Below are positions 13,311 through 22,790 of a stretch of DNA of 64,000 nucleotides, in pieces. Both the position numbers and the translations under genes were made by a program. Position 1 is the first letter of the stretch. Each line of letters begins with the position of its first letter. This DNA comes from Deinococcus sp. (GTDB lineage Bacteria; Deinococcota; Deinococci; Deinococcales; Deinococcaceae). The notes beneath the pieces were generated by a model. That model was not told the origin of the DNA. It did no database searches and saw nothing but the letters and a program-made list of their open reading frames with translations. The stretch is taken from the NCBI GenBank assembly GCA_965261005.1, contig OZ253375.1, positions 1,056,001-1,120,000 on the forward strand, in the 5' to 3' direction.

Positions 13311-13783
13311 CCCCCGTACGCGGCCGGCTGGGCGGTTTGACCGCCGGCTACGACATGAGGCTGAATTGGAACGCGCCCGACCTGCGCGGGCGGCTGGGCG
13401 GCACCTTTCGCGGCAAGAGCGTGAAGCTGAGCTACCAAGGCGGGCGCGTGACGGGACGGATCGGCGGCTTTGTGCGCGGCTTCGACGTGTCGGGCGAGCT
13501 GACGCCGAACAAGATTGACGTGCGCCTGGGCGGCCGGATTGGCGGCGACAGCCTGAGCGTGACCATTGGCGGCAACCGGGCGCGGGGCCGCTTCAGCGGG
13601 CGCCTGAGCGGCAAGGACGTGGAGTTGAACTTGTCGGGCGGCTCGCTGTCGGGCCGCGTCGGCGGCGTGCTGAAGGGCAAGGACGTGAAGCTGAACTTCG
13701 GCGCCCCGCCCGAGCTGGCCGTGCTGGCGGCTTTGCTGACCTACAAGGCCCTGGAGGACGACGAGAACCGGGAGGAAGAGTAG
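13307..13783 (+). CDS. Hypothetical protein of six 22-aa GR(L/I/V/F)GG repeats plus C-terminal hydrophobic helix
   Basis: GTG start overlaps the nadV TGA; regular 22-residue periodicity in the translation. Confidence 0.8.
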   Translation: MTPVRGRLGGLTAGYDMRLNWNAPDLRGRLGGTFRGKSVKLSYQGGRVTGRIGGFVRGFDVSGELTPNKIDVRLGGRIGGDSLSVTIGGNRARGRFSGRLSGKDVELNLSGGSLSGRVGGVLKGKDVKLNFGAPPELAVLAALLTYKALEDDENREEE

Positions 13784-13785
13784 TC

Positions 13786-13986
13786 ATACGGATTCCGAAA
13801 ATTTCCGAATCTCATCGGAAATTTTTCGAGCACGAGACGCGAGAGCGGCTCGAAACTCCCGCAACAGAACGTCAAAAGTTTCGCCTCCCCTTCGCTTGGC
13901 GCGAGTTGGAAAAACATACGGATTTTGCGGCATGGAGTACACGGAGCGCTGTCTGCGGAGTGTACGGAATAAAGCGGAATCCGTAT
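13786..13986. mobile_element. ~200 bp non-coding element with 12-bp terminal inverted repeats (MITE / small Deinococcus repeat-like)
   Basis: ATACGGATTCCG (13786-13797) and CGGAATCCGTAT (13975-13986); internal hairpin CGAAAATTTCCGA..TCGGAAATTTTTCG; lower GC; fills the gap between two convergent stop codons. Confidence 0.75.
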
Positions 13987-15446
13987 CAGACCTCCAAGCT
14001 GGGCGCCGCCCCCGCGAACTCTCCCTCGGTCGCCTCCTCGAACGCCTGGCACACCGAGATCAAGCGCTCGTCCTGCAAGATGGGCGCCATGAACTGCACG
14101 CCGACGGGCAGCCTAACCCCGTCCACGTCCTCGAAGCCGGCCGGCACCGAGACGGCCGGCACGCCGGCCAAGTTGGCGATGACGGTGTCCACGTCGGCCA
14201 GATACATCGCTAAGGGGTCCTGAGTCTTTTCGCCAATTTTGAAGGCGGGAAAGGGCGAGGTGGGCGTGATCAGCACGTCGTAGTCGCGGTAAGCGCGCTC
14301 CAGGTCCTGCGCGACCAAGCGGCGCACCCGCATCGCCTTGGCGTAATAGGCGTCGTAATAGCCGCTCGACAGCGCGTAGGTGCCCATCAGGACGCGCCGC
14401 TTGACTTCCGGCCCGAAGGCCCCCGCCCGGCTGGCGCTCATGGCGGCGTTCACCTCGGGCGCGCCGAAGTCGCGGTGGCCGTAGACCATGCCGTCGTAGC
14501 GGGCGAGGTTGCTGCTGGCCTCGGGCGCGGCGATCAGGTAGTAGGCGGCGACGCCGTAGGACAGGGTCGGCAAGCTGACCTCCCCCACCGTGGCGCCGAG
14601 GGACTCCAGCACCTCTCGGGTCCGCTCCAGGGCCAGCCCCACCCCCGGCGAGTTGGCCCCGCCCAGCGCCTCGCGCACAAAGGCGAAGCGCAGACCCCGC
14701 ACGCCGGCGCCCAAAGCCTCCCGAAAGCCGCTCTCGACGTTCAGGCTGGTCGCGTCGCGCGGGTCATGGCCGCACAGCGCGTCCAGCGTCAGGGCCAGGT
14801 CCCCGGCGGTGCGGGCGAACGGCCCCACCTGATCGAGACTGCTGGCAAAGGCGACCAAGCCGTATCTGGAGACCCGGCCGTAGGTCGGCTTGAAGCCGTA
14901 CACGCCGCATAGAGCGGCCGGCTGGCGCACGCTGCCCCCGGTGTCCGAGCCGAGGGCGATGGGCACCCCCCTTCCCGCCACGCAGACCGCGCTCCCCCCC
15001 GAGGAGCCGCCCGGCACCCGCGCCGGGTCCCAGGGGTTGCGGGCCGGACCGTAAGCGCCCGTCTCGGTCGAGGACCCCATCGCGAACTCGTCCATGTTCG
15101 CCTTGCCGACCACGACGGCGCCGGCGTCCAGCAGCTTTTGAACGGCCGTGGCGGTATAGGGGCTGACGTACTTCTCCAGCGCCCGGCTGGCGCAGGTCGT
15201 GCGGGCGCCCTTCAGGTTGAGGTTGTCCTTGACGACCAGCGGCACGCCCGCCAGGGGCAGGGTCTCGCCCGCGTGGAGGCGCGCCTCCACCTGGGTGGCC
15301 TGCTCAGAGGCCCCCTCCACCAAGCTGATCAGGGGGTTGAGGGCGGACAAAGCTTGCAAACCGCTCAAAGCTTCCTCGACCAGCTCGCTGGGGCGCCGCT
15401 CTCCACGGCGGACGCTTTCGGACATGGCGGTGGCGGACGGGGTCAT
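13986..15446 (-). CDS. gatA: Asp/Glu-tRNA amidotransferase subunit A
   Basis: GKANMDEFAMGSSTE, PGGSSGGSA, GSDTGGSVRQPA, EASSNLARYDG, GTYALSSGYYDAYY; ATG 15446 chosen because TAGAAT lies 7 nt upstream (alternative ATG 15455). Confidence 0.96.
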   Translation of the reverse strand: MTPSATAMSESVRRGERRPSELVEEALSGLQALSALNPLISLVEGASEQATQVEARLHAGETLPLAGVPLVVKDNLNLKGARTTCASRALEKYVSPYTATAVQKLLDAGAVVVGKANMDEFAMGSSTETGAYGPARNPWDPARVPGGSSGGSAVCVAGRGVPIALGSDTGGSVRQPAALCGVYGFKPTYGRVSRYGLVAFASSLDQVGPFARTAGDLALTLDALCGHDPRDATSLNVESGFREALGAGVRGLRFAFVREALGGANSPGVGLALERTREVLESLGATVGEVSLPTLSYGVAAYYLIAAPEASSNLARYDGMVYGHRDFGAPEVNAAMSASRAGAFGPEVKRRVLMGTYALSSGYYDAYYAKAMRVRRLVAQDLERAYRDYDVLITPTSPFPAFKIGEKTQDPLAMYLADVDTVIANLAGVPAVSVPAGFEDVDGVRLPVGVQFMAPILQDERLISVCQAFEEATEGEFAGAAPSLEV

Positions 15447-15466
15447 GCGGGGCATTCTAGCGGGCC

Positions 15467-16036
15467 TCAGCCGCGCAGCAGGCCGCTGAAGCCGCTCTCC
15501 TCCAAGGCGGGCAGTTCCGACAAGTCCCTCAGGCCAAACTCCAGCAGGAACTTTTGGGTGGTGCCGTACAGCAGCGGCCGGCCCACGGCGTCCGACTTGC
15601 CCACCACCTTGACCAGTTCGCGCTCTTGCAGGGTGACCAGCGTGCCGGCGGAGGCGCCGCGCATGGCCTCGACCTCGGCGCGGGTGACCGGCTGCTTGTA
15701 GGCGACCACCGCCAGCACCTCCAAAGCGGCCCCGGAAAGGGTGGGCAGGGCGGGCGGCGCCAACAAAGGGGCCAGGGCGGCGCTGAGGTGCGGCGGCACG
15801 ATCAGGCGGTGACCGCCCGCGACCTCCTCCACCGTGAAGCCGAGCCGCGCCCCGGCGAGGGTTCGGGCATACACCTCAAGCTCGCGCTTGGCCACGTCTC
15901 CCGACACGCCCAGCAAACGGCCCAACTCCGCCACGCTGACGGGCCGGCCCGCCGCCAGCAGGGCGGCGCCGATCAGGGCGCGCCGCTCGGTTTCGGTTTG
16001 CCCGGTTGTAGCTTCTGGCAAGCTCAGCCCTTCCAC
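15467..16036 (-). CDS. scpB: SMC-Scp complex subunit ScpB
   Basis: LSGAALEVLAVVAYKQPVTRAEVEAMRG, GRPLLYGTTQKFLLEFGL..LSELP. Confidence 0.95.
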   Translation of the reverse strand: MEGLSLPEATTGQTETERRALIGAALLAAGRPVSVAELGRLLGVSGDVAKRELEVYARTLAGARLGFTVEEVAGGHRLIVPPHLSAALAPLLAPPALPTLSGAALEVLAVVAYKQPVTRAEVEAMRGASAGTLVTLQERELVKVVGKSDAVGRPLLYGTTQKFLLEFGLRDLSELPALEESGFSGLLRG

Positions 16037-16039
16037 AGG

Positions 16040-16684
16040 TCAGCCCTTCCGCAGGACCGCCGCGATGGTCGCCTCGTCCACGGCACCGGCGCGCAGCACC
16101 CGCCGCGCCGCGAGGTCATAGACCGTGCTGGCGACGCCCGGCGCGTCCGGCCCCGGCAGCGTTAGGTCCGCCAAAGCGAGTCGCCCGGCCTGAGCGAAGG
16201 TGAGCGCCGGGTCCTCGCCGGCCACGTTCAGGCTACTGGCCGCCAGGGCGCCCCCGCAGGCCCGCAGCAGCGCGTTCAGCTCCTTCCCGGTGGGCACGCG
16301 CAAACCCACCTGCCCGGCCTGCACCAGCCAAGCTGGACAGCCCGGCGCGGCCGGCACGACCATTGTCAGGGCGCCGGGCCAGAGGGTGTGCAGCCTCGAC
16401 CAAGCCGCCTGCTCCGCTACCTCGGGGGCCGCGAAGCGCCCGGCCGCCGCCGCGTCCGCGCACAACACCTGAACCACCTTGCCGAGGGGGCGCCGCTTTT
16501 GGGCGTGCAGGCGCTCCACGGCCGCGCGCCGCCCCGGGTCGGCCACGACGCCCCAGACGGTGTCGGTGGCCACGGCCAGGGTGAGGCCGGCGGAGAGCGC
16601 CGTCACGGCGCTCTCAAGCCATTCCGGTGGGTCTTCTTGGACAAGCTTCGGCATCTCGAACTCCCATGCTGGGGTCCTCTTCAT
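16040..16684 (-). CDS. tsaC: L-threonylcarbamoyladenylate synthase (YrdC/Sua5 family)
   Basis: ATDTVWGV, KRRP, LWPGALT, VGLRVP, ASSLNVAGE, STVYD. Confidence 0.85.
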   Translation of the reverse strand: MKRTPAWEFEMPKLVQEDPPEWLESAVTALSAGLTLAVATDTVWGVVADPGRRAAVERLHAQKRRPLGKVVQVLCADAAAAGRFAAPEVAEQAAWSRLHTLWPGALTMVVPAAPGCPAWLVQAGQVGLRVPTGKELNALLRACGGALAASSLNVAGEDPALTFAQAGRLALADLTLPGPDAPGVASTVYDLAARRVLRAGAVDEATIAAVLRKG

Positions 16685-16727
16685 GAAAAGTCATAGCCAA
16701 AAGCGTTCACCGAACTATAATGCTCGC

Positions 16728-17948
16728 ATGGCCGTCTTCGAATACAGGGTGCGCGACCGCACCGGCAAGATCATCGCCTCACAGATTGAGGCCGACAGCA
16801 TGGCGCAGGTGCGCGACGCGCTGCGGGCCAAGCAGCTCTTCATCGTGGACATCAAGGCCCCCAAGACGGGCCTTCAGGGCAACGTCAGCATTCCCTTTTT
16901 CGACAACCAACCGCCCGGCCTCAAAATCGTGGCGCTGTTTTCACGCCAGCTCGCCACCATGATCAACTCGGGCGTGCCGCTGGTGCAGTCCCTCGCCATC
17001 ATGCAGCGGCAAACCGAGCACAAAGGGTTTCAAAAGATCATCAAGGACATGCGCGCCGAGGTGGAGTCCGGCACGCCCTTGTCGGACTCCATCGCCAAGT
17101 ATCCCAAGGTGTTTTCGCGGTTGTACCTCAACTTGGTGCGCGCCGGCGAAACGTCGGGCACGCTGGACGCCATTCTGGACCGCATCAGCGCCTTTTTAGA
17201 AAAGGACCTCGCCCTGCGCGGCAAGATCAAGAGCGCCATGACCTACCCCGTCATCGTGCTGATCTTCGCCCTGCTGATCACCTACTTTCTGCTGACCACC
17301 ATCGTGCCGCAGTTCGCGCAGATTCTGATTCAGCTGAACGCCCCGCTGCCGCTGATCACCCGCGTCTTGATCGCGGTGGCCGACTTCCTGACCAGCAAGA
17401 GCTGGATTCTCCTGATCGTGGGCGTGGGCCTTTTCTTCGGCTTTCGCTCGTACTACCGCACCAAGGGAGGGCGTCACGTCATCGACGACATCAAGCTGAG
17501 GGCGCCGGTGCTGGGCGCCCTGATTCGGCGCGCGGCCATCGCCTCTTTTGCGCGCACCTTCGGCCTGTTGATCGCGAGCGGCGTGAACATCATCGAGGCG
17601 CTGGAGATCACCAAGGGCACCGCCAACAACGTCATCGTGGAGGACACCATTGACAACGCGCGCAACGTCGTGATGGTGGGCGAGCAGATGTCGGGGTCGC
17701 TGGCGACCTCCAAGGTGTTTCCTCCCATGGTCGTCTCCATGGTCGCCATCGGCGAGGAGACCGGCGCCTTGGATGAGATGCTCGGCAAGGTCGCCGACTT
17801 CTACGACCGCGAGGTGGACGAGGCGGTGGACAGCCTGACCGCCGCCATCGAGCCGATCATGATCGTGTTTCTGGGCGGCATCGTCGGCGTGATCGTGGCG
17901 GGCATGTTTCTGCCGATGTTCAGCATCATCGGTCAGCTCAGCAAGTGA
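16728..17948 (+). CDS. pilC: Type IV pilus inner-membrane platform protein (T2SS F family)
   Basis: FSRQLATMINSGVPL, AGETSGTLD, KIKSAMTYP, IGEETGALDEML.KVADFY, EPIMIVFLG; TATAAT 6 nt before ATG 16728. Confidence 0.93.
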   Translation: MAVFEYRVRDRTGKIIASQIEADSMAQVRDALRAKQLFIVDIKAPKTGLQGNVSIPFFDNQPPGLKIVALFSRQLATMINSGVPLVQSLAIMQRQTEHKGFQKIIKDMRAEVESGTPLSDSIAKYPKVFSRLYLNLVRAGETSGTLDAILDRISAFLEKDLALRGKIKSAMTYPVIVLIFALLITYFLLTTIVPQFAQILIQLNAPLPLITRVLIAVADFLTSKSWILLIVGVGLFFGFRSYYRTKGGRHVIDDIKLRAPVLGALIRRAAIASFARTFGLLIASGVNIIEALEITKGTANNVIVEDTIDNARNVVMVGEQMSGSLATSKVFPPMVVSMVAIGEETGALDEMLGKVADFYDREVDEAVDSLTAAIEPIMIVFLGGIVGVIVAGMFLPMFSIIGQLSK

Positions 17949-18066
17949 GATTGGCACGTGAGATCAGCAAGCCAATTGGGCTGAACGTCGGGGCGGGCGA
18001 ACCGGGAAACGTCACAACAGGTGACGCGGCGGGCCTCCTTCCGGTACAGTGCGGCTGGAGGAACGT

Positions 18067-18324
18067 ATGCAAGGACAAGTGAAGATGTTCAACAACGAGA
18101 AGGGCTTTGGCTTTATCGCCACCCCGGGGCGCAAGGACGTATTCGTACACTTCAGCGCCATTCAGGGCAGCGGCTTCAAGTCGCTGAACGAGGGCGACGA
18201 GGTCGAGTTCGACATCGAGGACGATCCGCGCGGCAAGGGCGAGCGGGCGACCAACGTCGTGGTGACCAAGGCCGCCGCCGGGGGCATGGGGGGCCGCGAA
18301 AGCCGGGGCCGCGACCGCTACTAA
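18067..18324 (+). CDS. Cold-shock domain protein
   Basis: [45 protein letters not shown]. Confidence 0.93.
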   Translation: MQGQVKMFNNEKGFGFIATPGRKDVFVHFSAIQGSGFKSLNEGDEVEFDIEDDPRGKGERATNVVVTKAAAGGMGGRESRGRDRY

Positions 18325-18336
18325 GGAAACCCACCG

Positions 18337-18376
18337 GGGCCGGCACACCCAAGCGGTGTGCCGGCTCTTGATTTTT
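18337..18376 (+). terminator. Intrinsic terminator after the first csp gene
   Basis: GGGCCGGCACACC-caagc-GGTGTGCCGGCTC followed by ttgattttt. Confidence 0.75.
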
Positions 18377-18454
18377 CTATCGGCCTCTTGCTGCTGGCTT
18401 GACGCCGTCACGTAGGCCACCCTGTACCGTTCGCGCGTTCGCTAGACTGCCCGC

Positions 18455-19432
18455 ATGATCGAGCGCCTGTATCTCGCCAAGCCGCGCGGCTTTTGCGCCG
18501 GCGTCGTGATGGCGATTGGGGCGGTCGAAAAGGCCGCCCAGCAGCAGGAAACGCCGCTGACGGTCTACCACTCCATCGTGCACAACCACACCGTGGTGAA
18601 GCGGCTGGGTGAGCGGCACGGCGTCCACTTCGTGGAGGACTTGGAGGGCGTGGAGCGGCTGCCCTCCGGCGGCGACACGGTCGTGTTCAGCGCGCACGGC
18701 GTTAGCCCGCGGGTGCGCGAGCGGGCGGGCGAGTTGGGCCTCGCCACCATTGACGCGACCTGTCCCCTGGTCACCAAGGTCCACACCGAGGCCAAAAAAT
18801 ATGCCCGCGAAGGCTATACCATTCTCTTGATCGGCGACAGCGCGCGGCACCAGGAGGTGATCGGCACGGCGGGCGAGGCGCCAGGGCACACCATTTTGGT
18901 GGGCGTGCTGGGCAAAAGCGGCCCCAACCTGATGGACCCCCACACCGTCGAGGTGCCCGACCCCGGCAAGGTGGTGGTCCTGACCCAAACGACCCTGAGC
19001 GTGGACGACACCCGCAAGACCGTGGACATTCTGAAGGGCCGCTTTCCACAGTTGGTGATTCCGCCCTCCGAGGACCTCTGCTACGCCACCAAGAACCGCC
19101 AAGACGCCGTCAAGCGTATCGCGCCGAACGTGGACGCCTTCGTGGTGCTGACCAGCCCGCATTCCAGCAACGGCATGCGCCTCTTGGAACTCGCCGAAGA
19201 GACGTCCGGGCGGGCGTACCGTCTGGAAACCGCCGCCGACTTGGACGGGCTGGATCTGAGCGGTGTACGCTCGCTGGGCGTCACCTCGGCCGCCAGCACC
19301 CCGGACGACCTGGTGCAGGCGCTGGTGGCGCGCCTCAAAGCCCTCAACCCGGCCCTTCAGGTGACCGAGGAGGGCGAGTGGGAAAACATCGAGTTCCGCG
19401 AGGCGAGGCGGGTGCCGGCGCCCGCGCGCTGA
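18455..19432 (+). CDS. ispH: 4-hydroxy-3-methylbut-2-enyl diphosphate reductase
   Basis: [54 protein letters not shown]. Confidence 0.97.
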   Translation: MIERLYLAKPRGFCAGVVMAIGAVEKAAQQQETPLTVYHSIVHNHTVVKRLGERHGVHFVEDLEGVERLPSGGDTVVFSAHGVSPRVRERAGELGLATIDATCPLVTKVHTEAKKYAREGYTILLIGDSARHQEVIGTAGEAPGHTILVGVLGKSGPNLMDPHTVEVPDPGKVVVLTQTTLSVDDTRKTVDILKGRFPQLVIPPSEDLCYATKNRQDAVKRIAPNVDAFVVLTSPHSSNGMRLLELAEETSGRAYRLETAADLDGLDLSGVRSLGVTSAASTPDDLVQALVARLKALNPALQVTEEGEWENIEFREARRVPAPAR

Positions 19433-19463
19433 TGTGCTCCACGGTTCGCGCTACGCTCGGCGC

Positions 19464-20951
19464 ATGTCCACACCCGAGCAGCCTGGGAAGGCTCCCGACA
19501 ACGTGCCCACTGACAACGCGCCAACCGACAACGTCATCACGACCCGCCACAGCGTCCGCGTCGGCGGCGAGGACGTGGCTTACAGCGTCAGGGCCGGCAC
19601 CTGGGTCCTGAAGGGTGAGCGCCACGGCAAGGACGGCCAGCTTGAGGGCGAGAAGCCCCGCGCCGAGCTGTTCTTCGTCGCCTACACCAAAGAAGGTGTC
19701 GAGGACACGGCCGCACGCCCCATCACCTTCTCCTTCAACGGCGGCCCCGGCTCCTCCAGCGTGTGGCTGCACCTCGGCGTGCTGGGGCCGCGCCGGGTGG
19801 TGATGGGCGACGCGGGCGCGCTGTTGCCGCCCCCCTACGCGCTGGCGGACAACCCCCACGCGCTGCTGGACCGGACCGACTTGGTTTTTCTAGACCCGGT
19901 CAGCACCGGCTTTTCGCGCGCCGCCCCCGGGGAAAAGCCGGGGGACTTTCACGGCTTCAAGGCGGACATCGAGTCGGTGGGGGACTTTATCCGCCTGTTC
20001 GTCACCCGCGAGCGGCGCTGGCTGTCCCCCAAGTACCTGATCGGCGAGAGCTACGGCACCACCCGCGCGGCGGGCCTTTCGGGCTACTTGCAAGAACGCC
20101 ACGGGCTGTACCTGAACGGCCTGATGCTGGTCAGCAGCATTCTGGACTTCGGCACGGTGAGAACCGCCCCCGGCAACGACCTGCCCTTCGTGCTGGAGCT
20201 GCCGACCCAAACGGCCACCGCTTGGTACCACGGCCAATTGGAGGGGGGGCGGTCGCGGCCCCTGGCCGAGTGGCTTGGGGAAGCGGAGGCGTTCGCGGCC
20301 GGCCCGTTCTTGCGGGCGCTGTTTCGTGGGGCGGGCCTGCCAACAGAGGAGCGCGCGGAGGTCAGAACAACGCTCGCGCGCTTGACCGGCCTGTCCGAAG
20401 ATTTCGTGGAGCGCTGCGACCTGAGAATCGGCCTCGGGCGCTTTCGCAAGGAGCTGCTGCGCGCTCAGGGCCTGACGGTGGGACGCCTCGACAGCCGCTT
20501 CACCGGGCGCGACCGCGACCGCGCGGACGCCGAGGCCGAATACGACCCCAGCTACAGCGCCATTCAAGGGCCGTACAGCGCCACGCTCAACCACTACCTG
20601 CGCGCCGAACTCGGCTTTGAGAGCGACCTCCCCTACGAAATCCTCAACTTCGAGGTCAACCCCAAGTGGAGCTACGCCGACTTCGAGAACCGTCACGTCG
20701 AGGTGACGGACACCCTGCGCTCGGCAATGACCGCCAATCCCCATTTGCGCGTCTTCGTGGCCAGCGGTTATTACGACTTCGCCACGCCTTACTTCGCCAC
20801 CGCGCACACCCTGGCCCACCTGGGCCTGCCAGAGGAACTGCGCGCCAACGTCAGCGAGCGCTTTTACGAGGCGGGGCACATGATGTACGTCCAAGAGGAG
20901 AGCTTGGCGCAATTGAAAGAGGACTTGGCGGCCTTTTTGACGGCGAGCTGA
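19464..20951 (+). CDS. S10 family serine carboxypeptidase
   Basis: FNGGPGSSS, DPVSTGFS, GESYG, GYYDFATP, YEAGHMMY; TACGCT 6 nt before ATG 19464. Confidence 0.92.
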   Translation: MSTPEQPGKAPDNVPTDNAPTDNVITTRHSVRVGGEDVAYSVRAGTWVLKGERHGKDGQLEGEKPRAELFFVAYTKEGVEDTAARPITFSFNGGPGSSSVWLHLGVLGPRRVVMGDAGALLPPPYALADNPHALLDRTDLVFLDPVSTGFSRAAPGEKPGDFHGFKADIESVGDFIRLFVTRERRWLSPKYLIGESYGTTRAAGLSGYLQERHGLYLNGLMLVSSILDFGTVRTAPGNDLPFVLELPTQTATAWYHGQLEGGRSRPLAEWLGEAEAFAAGPFLRALFRGAGLPTEERAEVRTTLARLTGLSEDFVERCDLRIGLGRFRKELLRAQGLTVGRLDSRFTGRDRDRADAEAEYDPSYSAIQGPYSATLNHYLRAELGFESDLPYEILNFEVNPKWSYADFENRHVEVTDTLRSAMTANPHLRVFVASGYYDFATPYFATAHTLAHLGLPEELRANVSERFYEAGHMMYVQEESLAQLKEDLAAFLTAS

Positions 20952-20973
20952 GCGGCCGCAATTGGGATGGCCT

Positions 20974-21831
20974 CTAGATACCTCCCGCCTTGACGTACCC
21001 TTGGCGCAGCAGGTCCTCCAGCAGGGGTTCCAATTCGTGCAAACCGGCGTCCGAGCGCAGCGCGTACTCGGCGGGCGTCAGGTTTTCCGACAGGGCGCGC
21101 AGCAGCGCCAGGCCGGTGACCCCGAATTGGGCGCGAAAGTGTTGGTGCAGGGCCATAATGGGGTTCAGGCTGTCCTTGCCGCGCAAGGTCAGCGCGTAGT
21201 TGTGGTGCGCCCAGCCGGCGAGGCTCTTGGGCAGAATCAGCGTTTGTGGCCGGAGGGGCGCCGGAAAGGCCCCCTCGTAGGGCAGCGTGGCCGGCATGGT
21301 CGCCACCACTTGGCCGCGCACGTAAAATGAGGCGCCGCCGGTGTCGGCGTGCAACCCGGTGAAGTCCTCGGTGAGGTTGAACTTCCAGGCGCGGCTGCCC
21401 ACCCCCGACAAGGCGTGCGCGAGGCCGGGGTCCAGGGCGTAGGCGCTCAGGGGCGCGCCCGCCTCGAACACGCTCAGCAAGTCGGCCAGGGCCAGTTCGC
21501 CGGTGTGCTGCGCCGAGGCGGCGGCCACCGCGCGGCCCTCGAAGACCAGCACATGCGCGCCCTGGTCGCCCAGGCTGGCGTGCAGGTAGCCGTACCAAGA
21601 GGTGTTGTGCAGATGGCGCAAGAACGCGTGCAGATCGCAAAAGCTGGCGCTCAGGCCCCAGTACGCCGGCCGGCCTCTGGGCAAGAAGCGCGCCAGAAAC
21701 GGGGCCGCCTGCGGAAAGCGCGGCGTGAGTTCGGTCAGCACATTCAAAAGAACACTCCGGGCGCCCGCACGTCTGCGTTCATTGACCTCGCCTCCTCCGC
21801 CCCGGCCGGTATCCCGGGCCGGCCGATCCAC
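20974..21831 (-). CDS. Hypothetical protein (true start probably downstream of 21831)
   Basis: Only long ORF with protein-like composition in this gap; no recognised motif. Confidence 0.65.
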   Translation of the reverse strand: MDRPARDTGRGGGGEVNERRRAGARSVLLNVLTELTPRFPQAAPFLARFLPRGRPAYWGLSASFCDLHAFLRHLHNTSWYGYLHASLGDQGAHVLVFEGRAVAAASAQHTGELALADLLSVFEAGAPLSAYALDPGLAHALSGVGSRAWKFNLTEDFTGLHADTGGASFYVRGQVVATMPATLPYEGAFPAPLRPQTLILPKSLAGWAHHNYALTLRGKDSLNPIMALHQHFRAQFGVTGLALLRALSENLTPAEYALRSDAGLHELEPLLEDLLRQGYVKAGGI

Positions 21832-21883
21832 ACGCTCAGTACGTCCTGGCTCACGTTCCGTATGTGTACAAAAATGAACATAT

Positions 21884-22297
21884 TTAAGCGGAAGCGTGGG
21901 CGCGCAACGCCTCTTGCAACAACGTCCGGTCTTCAGGGTAGCTTAGCAGCTTTGCCGCCTGCTCCGGCGGGTAAAAGCCGCCCGCGTCGAACAGCGGCTC
22001 CAAAACGCTCGCCTGGTCCTCAGTCCGCATCAAAAACCAGCGAATCTCGCGCCGAACCCCCCGGTTGTTGGTGTAAACCGTGCTTGGCAGCGGCGCGACG
22101 ACCTTCGCGCTCACGCCCGTCTCCTCGCGCACCTCCCGCACGGACGCCGCCTCGTCGCTCTCCCCCACCTCGATGTGGCCCTTGGGAAAGGTCCAGCCGC
22201 CACCCTTGTAGCGCACGAGCAGCACCTCAGCCCGCGCGTTCAGCGCCACGCCGCCCGCGCCGGGTTCTGCCGCGTCAGATTGTGGGGTTCGCTTCAT
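21884..22297 (-). CDS. Nudix hydrolase, Ndx1-like diadenosine polyphosphate hydrolase
   Basis: [52 protein letters not shown]: resembles Thermus Ndx1 as recalled. Confidence 0.85.
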   Translation of the reverse strand: MKRTPQSDAAEPGAGGVALNARAEVLLVRYKGGGWTFPKGHIEVGESDEAASVREVREETGVSAKVVAPLPSTVYTNNRGVRREIRWFLMRTEDQASVLEPLFDAGGFYPPEQAAKLLSYPEDRTLLQEALRAHASA

Positions 22298-22383
22298 GGG
22301 GAAAGTGTTTCATGGGGGAAGTGTAAAGCACAACCGGGGGCCAGCCCAACGGTCCGCGCCCGCGTTTCACGGAACGCTCCTAT

Positions 22384-22412
22384 TTGACATGGCCTGGGGC
22401 GGATTGGATAAT
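22384..22412 (+). promoter_or_regulatory. Sigma70-type promoter of the second cold-shock gene
   Basis: TTGACA (22384-22389), 17-bp spacer, GATAAT (22407-22412). Confidence 0.7.
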
Positions 22413-22484
22413 GTGATCGTTCTGAGCAAAAACCGCGCTGAATCCAGCCCCGGTTTAGTTTTCCTGCGCGGAACGAGGAGTGTT

Positions 22485-22736
22485 ATGGCTCAAGGTCGAG
22501 TGAAGTGGTTCAATGCCGAAAAGGGGTTTGGCTTTATCGAGTATCCGGGCAACCCCGATGTGTTCGTACACTACAGCGCCATCAACAGCTCGGGCTTTCG
22601 CAAGCTGAACGAGGGCGACGAGGTCGAGTTCGAGTTGGAGGCCGGCGCGGGCGGCAAGGGGCCGCAGGCCAAGAACGTGGTGGTCACCCAGGCCGCGCCC
22701 GAACCGGCCCGCAGCGGCGGTGGCAGCCGCTGGTAA
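22485..22736 (+). CDS. Cold-shock domain protein (PprM-like)
   Basis: [48 protein letters not shown], Gly-rich tail ending SRW. Confidence 0.93.
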   Translation: MAQGRVKWFNAEKGFGFIEYPGNPDVFVHYSAINSSGFRKLNEGDEVEFELEAGAGGKGPQAKNVVVTQAAPEPARSGGGSRW

Positions 22737-22762
22737 ACCGGACAAACACAGCAGCGATTTTT

Positions 22763-22790
22763 GAAGAGGCCCGAGTTAGGGCCTCTTTTC
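22763..22790. terminator. Hairpin terminator between convergent genes
   Basis: GAAGAGGCCC-gagtta-GGGCCTCTTTTC. Confidence 0.7.

Noticed and set aside
13986..15455. gatA without adjacent gatB/gatC
   Set aside because: Dispersed gat genes are not unusual; the others may lie elsewhere in the genome.
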